From the NCBI RefSeq assembly GCF_023055435.1, contig NW_025963780.1, positions 24,924,001 through 24,988,000 of the forward strand: DNA of 64,000 nt, given 5' to 3'. The stretch comes from Haliotis rufescens (Eukaryota). Made by a program: the position numbers and the translations under genes. Below, piece after piece: positions 10,594 to 22,764 of the stretch. The notes beneath the pieces were generated by a model. The model was not told the DNA's origin and searched no databases. It saw only the letters and a list, made by a program, of their open reading frames with translations. Position 1 is the stretch's first letter, and each line of letters begins with the position of its first letter.

Positions 10594-13500
10594 TTACTCC
10601 AGAAGGTCCAGGAAGGACGAGACGACCCCGGTTATCCAGCCGAAAAAGGAGTACCCCTTCTTGACTGTGTCCATAACACCGGTTGTCATGGTAATGTCTT
10701 GGGAAGACTTGGTCTTCTTGGAGTTGGCTGTCAAAAGGAGATGTAATTATTGTACTTATTTTATTCAGGTTTTAACAGTTAAAGGGGGACTCGGCTGGGC
10801 TAACTGTCCCTCCGGGCAAATGGGATTCACGGAGCTCAGATAACAGTTTCCTGATCTACTAGTTAAAGTTTCATAATCAAGTAAGCAGTGATTGATAAGG
10901 CTAATTACACAGACAATGGATTATGTTTTACACAATTATTTAATTCCAATGCCCAGACCTAGGCAAACAGTGGATACCAGACTGCAGAGCAGAAACAGCA
11001 TTTATTTTTTCTTGTTGCTTAACGCCGCACTCAGCAATATTCCAGCTATATATGATGGCGGTCTGTAAGTAATCGAGTCTGGACCAGACAACCCAGCGAT
11101 TGACAACATGAGCATCGATCCATGCAATTGGGATCGATGACATGGTTTAACCAAGTTAACGAGCCTGACCACCCGATCCCCTTAGTCGCCTTTTACAAGC
11201 ATAGTCGCCTTTTACGGCAAGCATAGGTTGCTGAAGATCTATTCTAACCCGGATCTTCCCGGGCCAGCAGTTATAGCAAGGTGGATTCTTTGAGAACTCC
11301 GCCGTCTGCTAGATGAAATTTACTACACGCCTAGACCCAGAAGGGAAACGTGTCGCCGTTTCGTCAAAGATCCGCTATTCGCTGTGCAGAGTGCCCTCCC
11401 TTTGGCCTATGATCATGGGTTCCAAACCCAGATTGGCCTTATATTCCTAGGTTTATCTTCATTGGTATTTTTTTCAACCACTAATACTCACAACTGAAAT
11501 AAGTTACCTTACCCATTGTTTTCTTCAGCCTCCGGTTCTTGGAGCCTGACCTGGTTCCGTCTTTCCTCTTCTCTCCAGAGACACGTCTCCGTGGGTCGTG
11601 CAGTTCCAACATCAGACGACCCTGATTCTCGTCCGTGGCACGAGCATTCTCTACAGCTGACAGGATATGCAGGTCATCCTTCGCTACTTCCGGTAAAAAG
11701 CGGAAGTCCTGTGAGTGCCGGAAACACGAAGCCTCCCAGGGGGCCTCGAGGTGAAGTCCATCGTCTCCATGGTCGACATAGAGGTAGCGGTTGTTGCCAT
11801 TCTCCCATCGCAGTGCCTGTGGAAATCAGATCGGGGTTAATTACGAGGAACATTCTGGAAACAATGGTTCCGTTTCAGATCTGATTTCATAGTAAGCGCG
11901 GTTTCTGTGTATGATATCGCCATACTATCATGGTATATAATTCGACCCATTGGACCTAGCTCCTACCCAGAGTTCCATGCGACCAGCATAGTACCTCTGC
12001 CACAGGACAGCGCCATGTGACGATTCGTAACATCTTACACGGTCCATTCAAGATATTGCATATATTTTTCATCTGTTTCATTTTTGACAAGTCTACATAT
12101 CTAGATAAACAGATGTCACAGAATGGTTAACTTTCATTGATAAAATATCCTAAATCGTGAAAAACTATTTCCATTTGCGTTGTTATCCTATGTTTACATT
12201 GGTTGCACGGCTCAACGTGCTGTCATCGAAGCCCTACGGAGAGATTGCGATACGGTCACTTTGATATGTACATATGTACTGGCATGCAACTCACTGTCGC
12301 AGTTGTAGTAGCAGTGTCTATATAATCATTCAAAACAATATGTAAAGCGCCTCCAAATACTTGCATTAGTCCGTTCTATTCGGATTTCTGAAAAAGCGCG
12401 TTTGTTTACAAACAAGTCCGGTCACGTGATATGCAAATTAGCCTGTAGCAGTGGTGTTATGCAAAGTCACCACTGGGCCGAAATGTGCCATTGGACACCA
12501 TAGCTTTGTACCGGAAATTACGTCACAGCCTCAATCGTTCCAATGTCTTACTAAGCACAGAATTGTTCATGTTCATGAGAGTAATTTAATTGGACGGTTT
12601 TAACTAGCGCCGTGCCATTCAAACGAAGCAATGGTAGTGACTTGATCCAGGATAGGAATTTAAATAATATGCTGGATAACCGAGGATTTACAGTTATTTC
12701 AATAGTATTACATAAAATACGAATGACAACATATCACGAAATATTTCAATCTCATTAAAATCAGACCTTAGTTCTAAACAAAGATCTGAGGACATCCCAT
12801 TAGGGGTCACGTCAGAACGACCATTTGCGACCTTTGAAAGCAGCTTTCTCGAGCTTTACGGCACTCGTTTCAACCTGGCGACTTCCACTTCAGATTACGC
12901 TTGAAAAATATGTTGACACAGTTCTCGATTAAAATTTTGAAAACTGAACAAACAAACATTCCGGAATGTCTAATAAATGGTTGCGATTGTATGGCGGTGA
13001 TTCCCCTGTACTGTGCAACGCCTCCTCCGTTCAAATGTTTATCCCACGGAAACGAGAGATAGACGATAATTTTGACGGAATCAGTCGTACGGGCCGTAAC
13101 TGTCGTTCGGAATACACCGTGTTAATGTTTTCCAGTTTGCATGAATAGAAAACACATTCCGACTGTCACTTTCATCATCTGGTAAGCGAGGCTTTGATTG
13201 GTCGGATGAAAGGTTGTTCTGACGTGACCCGTAATGGGATGTCCTCAGATCTTTGTTTAGCAGTAGCGAGAACTAAGATCTGAGTTAAATGAGATTGTGA
13301 AATATTTTAGAGAAGAAACCTTTATAGTTATCCTCGCTACATCGAAAGTGAACGTTGGAGTAGGATTCCTGTTAAAATTAAGCGCAAAGGGTTTCCTGGG
13401 CACGCTATTTTCCCTTCCAGAACCGCGTCCAATTTTCTGTCATAAAACCTTAACAGATGACACAGACTGCGTCCTCTTTGAAAGGTAGCAGTCAAAGAAA

Positions 13501-16214
13501 GCAGCCGCACTCCGCAATATTCCAGCTATATGACGCAAATCTGTAAATAATCGTGTCTGGACCAGACAATCTAGCGATTGACATCATGAGCATTGATCTA
13601 CGCAAATGGGATACGATGACAAGCATCAACCAAGTCAGCGAGCCTGACACCCGATCCCGTTAGTCGCCTCTTACGACAAGCATGGGTTGCTGTATGATTC
13701 ATTGAAAGTATATATATACTGAATACCCCTTACTGAAATAAAATATCACTACACGTGTTCCTCTATTTACTACACACACTTGGGGCAGGATGTAGTTTCA
13801 CCTCTCTAACATCAAGTTACTCCGTAGTCCCATGTGGACTCGACGAAATACGTATTCGATGGGACATCATGAAGGCAGATATGGCATACCTCATTCGTGA
13901 CCAACTCGTGTTATTCCGGGACAAGCCGAATAGCGACTCGTGCCTCTCTCGTGGCCATTTTTGCGACCGGGTTTCGTCTTAGCGCAAACGGGCATACATA
14001 AAACAATTGTCAACTTGTTACATAATGGGTCACATATATTTCTCCTTATATTATATATATTTCAGATGCAATTTAAAGCACATCGGAACATGCGGAATTA
14101 TACAGTATGAAAGAACACAATTAACTTTGTCTTGTGTATATTTTTAGATGCAAGACATATATAAAATCAAAATTTAAATTATTTGTGAGGGATTCTTTGA
14201 CGAAGAACTTGAAATCATACGCGCATTTTGATATCATTCATCGATAGGGGGACGAGTCTTCTTGCAGGTTACGGAAAGGGGCGAGTGGTGACGTATGGGC
14301 ATACCTCTGCTGGTAGTAAAATCATAACTAAGCCAGTTCAATAAAAATAACAATTCATTGACTGATTTGGGGCTAATGAATGCAAATTAAGTGCCGATTT
14401 ATGTGCTGGCTTTTTTTAATCGCAAATTAGTACTGCGAATTGTGACGCCATACATGACAGTAGCGTCCATACCCCATGTTGATTATAAAAGGGGAGGGAA
14501 TATTTGGATACGGAAACAGGTCATACCATACCTGCCTCTCCTTCATCCGTCTCAGGGGGCACGGGTAGCCCAGTCGTCTAAGGCGCCGCGATTCGCTGTG
14601 CAGAGTTGCGTCCCTTGGGCACGCCAGAAACCTCTTATTGTGGGTTCGAACCCCGGTTCGCCCCGATTCGGGTGACGTTATTAACAAAACACACATCTCA
14701 CAGTAGATAACGCTTCCTCCGAGTATTGATGCGTTTATCGACTTGCTTTGATGCATTTCAGAGAATAATCGGTGATATTCTATTAATACTTTACACTTAT
14801 TCGTCACTGAAGGATCTTTAATATTAAATCGTCACTTCCGGAACATTCATACTATCCTAATTTGAAATTTTCTGTTCTGTAATAATTATTTGAAATTGGC
14901 ACAGAGCCTATTTTCCTCTACAAATGAAGTAATCAATCATAGTTAAACGTGTGATTGCTTGAAATGTGTAACGTGTGTATTTGTAACTTTGTTTGGCAAA
15001 GGTGCCCGTTGCACAAAGCTATCGTAGCGCTTAGTTTGATCGTAGGTGAGGTGAGGTGAAATGGGGTTTAACGTCGCGTCCAAGATTATTGCACTTACAG
15101 AGCGACGTGCATGTACGTGTGTGTGTTTGTGTGGCTGCTTGTACTAGTCCGGACTGATGCCGATTTATAGTGCTAGCTCACTGAGATACCATGCCGCAGT
15201 TTAACATGAATACCCTACTCAGACACAGTATACTGACTCCGAGCCGACCAGTCCTTGTTTTATCCCCTTAATGCCGAGCGCCAGACAGGGTAACAACAAG
15301 TACCATCTTTTAACGTCTTTTGGTTCGACGCGGTCGGGGATCAAACCCCGGACCTTCCGCTCTCCGGGCGGACGCTCTACCACTAGACCACGGAGGCGGT
15401 CCTAGTTTGATCGTAACTCCCATACTTAAACATATAAGCAAACGACGGTCGTAGCGCTCATGTCGCTTTGCGCAACCAGGCTCAGATAAACCGATTACAA
15501 TTTGTCATCTCAATATTGACTCACCCTTCCCGACCGGGCGTTAGTGACAACCCATTTCCATTCGTATCGGTGGACCTTCTCCAGGATGAGGTTGGCCGTC
15601 CATCTGCCCGACCCTGGGGGGAACTCCTCGCGAGCTATAACGCCCTTTCGTGGGTCCCAGCTCCCCAGGGAGGGTGCCGCACCAGAGATGACCAAGCGTT
15701 GACCAGCATGACAGTGGTAGTCTACGGACAATGTGACGTCACATGTGTCGGACCGGAAGGCCTGAGCGGGACGACCCCACGCTGTATGAATGGTTCCTCC
15801 TATGTTGCCGACGGCTGTGCTCCTTCTGCATGGATCCCAGAGAAGGACCTTGTTCTTCTTGTGGTTTGTAGTGATCCAGTTCCATTCAAAGGTTGACCCA
15901 ACAGGTATCAAAACCCGTGCCTCCCATTTGGAGAAGTTTTCCGAAGGCACGGCATTCACGCTGTGTTCGAGATCCCAGCTTCCCAGCTGTGGGATAGAAC
16001 CCAAGATGCAGACATGGGAGAAGCAAATTCCCCCGATACCCTCCCGAACACGCGCGTTGTCCGGGGGACAGTGCATCCTGAACACAGCGTAGACGTACTC
16101 GCCAGGCATCGTCGGCGTCTGCGACAGCATTCGCAGCGAGACACCATACACGACTGACGGCAAACTTGTTGCTAACTGAGTTTTGGAAAGACGGTGTCTG
16201 TGACGTGATGTCAT
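10594..16214 (-). CDS. Tandem CBM20 (starch/glycogen-binding) domain protein, ~375 aa, 3 coding exons
   Basis: Exons 16214-15525 (phase 0), 11816-11513 (phase 1), 10727-10594 (TAA), all GT..AG. CBM20 signatures occur twice: ILGSIPQLGSWD...FEWNW...WDPCRR and GQRLVISGAAPSLGSWDP...YEWKWVV...|ALRWENGNNR, the second completed across the splice. C-terminus ...VKKGYSFFGWITGVVSSFLDLLE*. The true start may be a downstream Met. Confidence 0.8.
11010..11265 (-). mobile_element. Retroposon family C (SINE or LINE 3' end) with (AAAC)n tail
   Basis: Shared 3' end ATAGCTGGAATATTGCTGAGTGCGGCGTTAA(A)CAAC. Copies at ~13500-13692, 21575-21660, 25663-25892, 27945-28130, 49600-49850, 50573-50748, 54217-54470, 56905-57170, 59850-59970. 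Confidence 0.8.
12747..13297. mobile_element. MITE with long TIRs, Mutator/MULE-like
   Basis: TIR CAATCTCATTAAAATCAGACCTTAGTTCT...GATCTGAGGACATCCCATT. Flanks CGAAATATTT/TGAAATATTT (10-bp TSD, 1 mismatch). Confidence 0.8.
15045..15402 (-). mobile_element. tRNA-headed SINE family D with (CACCT)n tail, inserted into a small TIR element
   Basis: Head GACCGCCTCCGTGGTCTAGTGGTAGAGCG..GGTTTGATCCC. 13-bp TSD TAGTTTGATCGTA at 15032-15044 and 15403-15415. Partial copies at 4013-4130 and 59460-59651. Confidence 0.85.
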
Positions 16215-16539
16215 TATGACGTCACAATAACGCGGACGTCATCTACTGGCTCACAGATGAGGGTATTTCTTAACGAAGAGCGTTAACTGGGCTGCTGTCC
16301 AACTAAGCTATTCGCGAGAGTGAAACCAGTTTATGATGAGCGCTTGTATAAGCAGATAAAAAACAACAACAGGAAAACCATGACACGAGGAATCAACACT
16401 GCGCCAAAACTCAGAAAACCCGAAAATATTCAGGATTTTGTATTCAGTATATGTTATTGGAAGCATTTAAACAAAATTCAGTTCCTGAAAGTTAACTACC
16501 CATTGATGCAAGAAATGCATTTAATAACGAAGAACTAAT

Positions 16540-16975
16540 TTCGATTACATTCTTTGCATTGATGTTACACTTAAATGTATGTACACTTTTGCCAACAATG
16601 TTGGAGGGATTTTATCCCAGTTTCGTAGAAGCGTTTCTCTTGGCTGTCCAAAACATTCTCCACGACGGGTATGAGGTCATCGTTCGAGTCAAAATGGGTT
16701 CCGGCTCGAGCGTTCATCATGTTTGGGAGTCCGACAGAGCCAGACAGGGAGAGTAAGGCGGGTGCTGAGGGAGTTTTAAACCACACTCGTGGATTGTCTG
16801 CATGGCAATCACTGATTTGTGCACAGGCGCATTGTCCTGGTTGAATATATAGCACACCTTTCAAGGCTCAGCTTCCCATGTCTCGCAGTCTTAATTTCAT
16901 CCCGTAATTGCCACAGAAGTGCAGCAAAATATGATCCCTTTATTGTTTGGAAGATACTCATCATGATGGCACATC
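16540..16975 (-). pseudogene. Degenerate mariner (DD34D) transposase C-terminal fragment
   Basis: Frameshifted motifs QDNAPVH, HPPYSP(C)LA(L)SD and AGTHFDSNDDLI..FYETGIKSLQHCWQKC match the mariner HDNA..H / HPPYSPDLAPSD / GI..L..RW.KC consensus. Confidence 0.85.
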
Positions 16976-18078
16976 GGCATCCCAGAACACGGAGGCGGTG
17001 GGATAGACTAGTGGTTAAAGCGTTCGACGGTCACGCCGAAGACCCGGGTTCGATTCCCCACATGTATACAATGTGTGAAGACCATTGTCCGGTGTCCCCG
17101 CCTTGACATTGCTGGAGTACTGCTAAAGACGTCGAAAAACCATACTCATTCACTCATTACTCACTCACTCACTCTCTTTACGGTGACATAGGGAGGAGCA
17201 TCGTACTCTCTTGGCGTTAAGGCCTTTTTCTGTACGGTTCGCCCCGATTGTTTCTAGGTTTCACCGAAGTGGTAAACGTCCAAAACCTGCATCATTTCGG
17301 GCTTTCCTCCAACATTAAGCTGACACGCCGCGTTATAACTGGAATACTGTTAAAAGCGGCGTTAAACCCAAACTCACTCACTCTCAGTATTCCAGTTATA
17401 TCATGGCGTGTCAGCTTTATGTGGGAGGAAAGCCCGAAGTGATGCAGGTCTCAGACGTTTACCACTTCCGTGAAACCCACGAACACGGGTATGGTGCTGA
17501 CAAACCTAGAAACATAATCAGGGCGAACCAGGATTCGAACCCACAATCATAGATTTCTTACTCTCGGTAAGTATAGAGAGCTCCGCGACCGGACTATCGT
17601 TGTGGGGAGCTTTGTGACAGGGATGTTACCGAGAGTGTAAAGAAGGTGTCCCTGTACACAACAAGGGCAGATAACTCTAATTGTAGCTGGGAAGGAGCTT
17701 GGTAAATGACCATGGCAGGTTTGATCGTTCCAGGGGTATTTTGATGGGACAGTTTGTAGATGCCTTTCTGTCTGTATAAGAGAGCAACAAGAGTGCGAGT
17801 AGTGGTCTTGTTTCCAATTTACTTATGGTTTTGAGGTCTATTTGGAAACACCAAGGCTACATGACACTTTACATCCTCTCTTGGGGAGTTTACATCCTGT
17901 CTACAAGTCTTTACATCCCCTCTGTAGGACATCACATCCCCCTGTAGGAACTTTGCAGGAATTTCCAGCTGGGCGTATCTCTGCATCTCTTCAAGACGAA
18001 AGGATTTACACTGCTCGTTTCAAACACAAAGAACAATCACATTGACAAATACATTTATTCTGAGGTACAAAAGTAATG

Positions 18079-21000
18079 TCACGTGACTTGTTGACTGGAA
18101 CTGTCTGATGAGTCTGTTACTTCTCCGAGTGATGGAGAATCGTGGGAGCCTGTGGATATGATCGTAGCTTCTTTGTCAGCATCTGCAGATGCAGCTAAAG
18201 GTTTCACAAACTTCCCCTGAACAAATATACGAGGAACACATATTCCCTCTTTCTTGTTGACTGTCTCTCGCTTGACATACTCATTCTTGCTAACTGTAAA
18301 ACCAGCGGAAGTCATCACATTCTCAAGATTTTCTGAAAATAAACCAAAATAATTTTTAGAATCAAGGAGGCTATCCTACGTGTGTTTGCAACTGAATACA
18401 GTAAACAACGTTTATAATGAACACGCTCATAACGAACTTATGTATATAACAAACTTACTTTTTTGTCCCGACTATTTCCTGTAGTTATGCTGTATATATG
18501 CTTATAATGAACTACAGTTATAACAAACTAAATTTAGTGGTCCCTTTGAGTTCGTTATAACCGTAGTTTACTGTATTAATCATAATCACATTAAATATGT
18601 CATTCAACCTCAGCAACCTCCACAGATGTCCTGAAGTTGTCTAGAGTTGGTTTATATGTCCTCCATGATGATTCCAGGTTAGAAGAGGTCATAATGATAT
18701 CTCACCTATAGAAAAGTAATATGCCCGAGTTCCATCCTGCCTCACGTAGAAGTGGTCGGACAGTTTATGTCCAGGGGCAAATCTCAGCATTGCATAGTCA
18801 TACAATCCATAGTCTCGGAACAAGATGCACCCCCCAGGCCGAATCACCTGTTGCCATGGTGATAAAATACATATCAGATTAATATCATAAAATTGTAAGC
18901 GAAATTATCAGGATAAGTTTGATACATGTACCTACAATTATTTCACTTTATGTTGAGTCTACCGCTAATTGCACACACAGTGGACTGTCTAACCATGCTA
19001 ACTGGCATCATGTGGTACTGGAAAGAAATGCTGGTTTAAGCAGAGAATGCTGATCGTGGATGAGAATGACGTCACTATATAGATTACCCTAACCGTGACA
19101 CGCATCACTCATCAGCAATTTATACTGAAATAAATTTCTAATCCATGTTTAGATATGTATCGATACCAGGCTTCTGTGTGTTTATTTAGTAGACATGCTT
19201 ATGCCTAATTGATAGAGTATTCTACCATGAATTTGGAAAATTTTCGATTTTGATAGGTAAATCAGAGCTTTCAAATCATCACAAAACCCCTGGGATTGAA
19301 ACAGTCGATTTGACGGGTGCATCACCGTGGAAGCTAATATTTTTAGAATGGTACTTCTGTTACAGTCATTGTTGGTAGGCATATTTAAATAATTATACGT
19401 ACAATTATAGGCTACAAAATGCAAAGTTGCGGTTACCACAATATTCAAAGGATGTATGGCAATACATTTCGATCAGAAAACATGATAAAAATCTACAAAG
19501 ACAATGTATTTCAGTTTTTGAGGACAACCGAGAGCTTGCCATTTGGCTCTTTTCTAAATACGACTGTAACATCATATCTTTTACGTCACAATGAGCGATA
19601 TGATGTCATAATAGTGACATGCTGGGTAGAACGAAACCTTTGCAAGGCTTGCTTAGTTTTCTTTAGGGGTGCCCACCTCATATTAGCTGACGAAGTTATC
19701 GTGCTACATGCTTTCAGTGCCTGTTGTGAGTTCGAGTATTACGGTGCAAACAAACTGCTTGAGCATATTGAGTGCCATATTTTGTTGAAAGGCTGTTGCC
19801 CACTCAAAACACTGGACTCAACCAATACTGCTTCACTCAATGTATTTGCTAAACCCAAAGGTTTCGCGTTTCATTTATCATGGTAGAATGTGCGTTCAGT
19901 TCCAAATTCAATTTAGCACGGTTAAATCTACAGGTGACCTTGCTCTACACTGACAACACAGTATGTTTACCTCCTGATTTGTTTCCGGCTTACAACTGAG
20001 TGATTGTTCAGTGCCGGATTACGGAGGCATTTTTTACGTAAATTGATAATTTCAACTAAAAACAGTACCAGAATCAAGGATAGACAGTGGCTGCAATACA
20101 CAGAGATTAATAAATGACATCAGTGTAAGAGCCTCCATTTTACCTTAAAGACATTGTGAAGAGCAGCAAGCATCTTATCTGGGTGTATAGCTGACAACAC
20201 AAAGATCATGGACACAGCATCTACAGTGTCTGGGGGCACGTCGTCGCGGAGGTCTTCAACTGTCAGATCACACTGGAAGGCGTTGCAGCGGGCAGCATCG
20301 TACAGGGGATGAGACTGCAACAAGATGATATTCACTAGAAATACATAGACGACTGAGTGACTGAGAGTGAATTGGGTTTTTTAGCAAGTTTTTGCAGTAT
20401 TCCAGCAACACGGCGGAGGATGACACCAGAAATGGTGTACCAAAGTGGGAATCGAACCCAGACCTGTGGTGTGATGAGCAAACGCTTTAGCCACTAAGCA
20501 ATGCCACAACAGCACTATCCCAATACACACACTAAGCTGAAGAACACAAAATGTCATAGGTGTGAGAAGGTTTTCTGGTTAGGAAGATATCTGCTGGATT
20601 GTTAGCACTCACCCAGTCATAATATTTAGTGAGTGAGTGAGTTGGGTTGGGTTTAACGCTGCTTTTAACAGTATTCCAGTTATATCACGGCATGTCAGCT
20701 TAATGTGGGAGGAAAGCCTGTAGTGATGCAGGTCTCAGACGTTTACCATTTCAGTGAAACCCACGAGCACAGGTATGGTGCTGACAAACCTAGACACATA
20801 ATCAGGGCGAACCAGGATTTGAACCCACAACCATAGGTTTCTGGGGTGCCCAAGGGACGCAACTCTGCACAGCGAATCGCGGCACCTAAGACGACTGGGC
20901 CACCCGTGCCCCCTCATAATATTTAACCTAAGTTACCATGACAACCATGTGGTATAGTAACTGCCTGATACCTGTTTCTGTCTTTTTTCTTGATTTGGGG

Positions 21001-21873
21001 GTTGGGGATACCGAGTTTCATCACAGAACTTACTTTGACAAATTCCACAGCTCTCTTGGAGAAATCACATGCATGAAAGTACAAGTTTTTGTCCTCCTCC
21101 AGTAGAGGGAAAATAAAGTTGCCGACACCACAACCAACTTCCAGTACCGTCTTCACATCGGAATCCTGAAACACGCCTAAATCATATGATGCATGTTACA
21201 ACCTGATGGATACAGGACGCATTGGTAAAAATATCCACAATGACAATCTTCCATTTATTATATGTAGGGAAATGGTTTTAGCTGCGCAACCAGGGTAATG
21301 GGTATCATTTCCTTGAAAACAGGACAAAAAAATAAAACAAGGTTTTAAGTGGTAGTCTTTACATAAAAGCAGTCAATTCAATAATAACGTACCCCTTGTT
21401 AAAAATTCCCAGTTAGTGAAAACATAACACTTTATCACGATTTGCCTTGGCCTTGTCACTTGCCTTGAAGTATTGGATAAATCTCTGTACATTGTTTGTT
21501 ATTGTTCCAATCCATCTGTTAAATTTTGATTGGAAGTTCGTAAGCATGGTCTTTGAGACACCCCTGATGGGTTGGTTGTTTTTTTGTTAAACGCCGCACT
21601 CAGCAATATTCCAGCTATATGACGGCGGTCTGTAAATAATCGAGTCTGGACCAGACAGTCACTGTCAGATTACCTTTCCTTTTAATAACACCACTGTATA
21701 TAATAAGCTCACATACATAAAGATTCAGCTTCAGAACTTCGTTGTTTCAGAGATACTCCATGAACCATGACATGCAAATGTAAAATATTTCTCTTCTATT
21801 ATTTCTAAGATGTGGAAGATGATTTTTTCCGTGGACTAGTTTATTTTGCACGTTTCCGCAGAGATTTCACATC

Positions 21874-21916
<43 letters not shown>

Positions 21917-22764
21917 TTGGGGGGTATTTTTATGTTACTACCATGATTCCCTGGTTATCTAGTTTTTTGCATTACTGACCTCTGCTTAAAGTAAATGGCT
22001 AAAAGTATTTTCTACACAAGTACTTGTCACTTGTCCTTTTAATAACACCATTGTATATAATAAGCTCACATACATAAAGATTCAGCTTCAGAACTTCATT
22101 GTTTCAGACTGCCGTGATATTGCTGGAATATTGCTAAAAGCGGCGTAAAACCATACTCACTCACTCACTCATTGTTTCAGAGATACTCCATGAACCATGA
22201 CATGCAAATGTAAAATACTGCTCTTCTATTTAAGATGGCCTTAACTGATGTGACTTGAAATGATCTTGATTATGAAACTTATTGAAGCAGGATGACAAGA
22301 CTATTAATGAAATAACGAAAGGTTAAAATAATGTCCAGGTCTGATTCAGAGAGATGGGTTAAGAAGAAGAGGCAGTATATTTCAGCAATAGAGATAGGCC
22401 AATTTAAAAGAACTGAAAACATTGTCAAAATTCTCATTTGATTCAAAGAAAAACTTTGATCATAATTTCTTTCTGTAAACCCAACCTGTTTTTCACTGAT
22501 TAGTTCTGAAAACTCTCTTTTTGTCCAGTGTCGGTCCTTAAAGAATTTGGTAGTGTTCCGTTTATAAAACAAATCCCAATTCTTTTGTGCTTCCAGTTCA
22601 AACTTCCTTTGCTTATATTCAGAAATGAGTGTCTTGTCCTTATCAAGCTTTGCTGTTTCTTCAGGTGTGAGAGTTCTTGCATGGTGACCAATTATTTCCT
22701 CACGTCCATTTTGAGAATCATCCCAATGTTTGGCAGCAGCTTCTTCTTTCATGTCTTTGTCCAT
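18079..22764 (-). CDS. METTL6: tRNA N3-methylcytidine (m3C32) methyltransferase METTL6, ~325 aa, 5 coding exons
   Basis: Exons 22764-22486, 21165-21034, 20314-20144, 18847-18706, 18332-18079, with consistent phases. Motifs NWDLFYKRNTTKFFKDRHW, LEVGCGVGN (SAM motif I), CDFS, IFVLSAIHP, FRDYGLYDYAMLRF, FYVRQDGTRAYYF, RETVNKKEGICVPRIFVQGKF. An acceptor 10 nt upstream of the ATG implies a non-coding first exon. Confidence 0.93.
18399..18573. mobile_element. Tc1/mariner-type MITE in a METTL6 intron
   Basis: TA-CAGTAAAC...GTTTACTG-TA termini with internal TTATAACGAA repeats. Confidence 0.6.

Noticed and set aside
15468-16157. Plus-strand ORFs of 64-142 aa
   Set aside because: Antisense to the GC-rich CBM20 exon, with no recognisable motifs.
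19419-19886. 155-aa ORF inside a METTL6 intron
   Set aside because: No recognisable domain or splice signals. It may be a decayed repeat; a call cannot be supported without a search.
21678-22230. ~125-bp local duplication in a METTL6 intron (similar cases at ~1950/2340 and ~32235/32740)
   Set aside because: Ordinary local duplications with no coding or structural signal.
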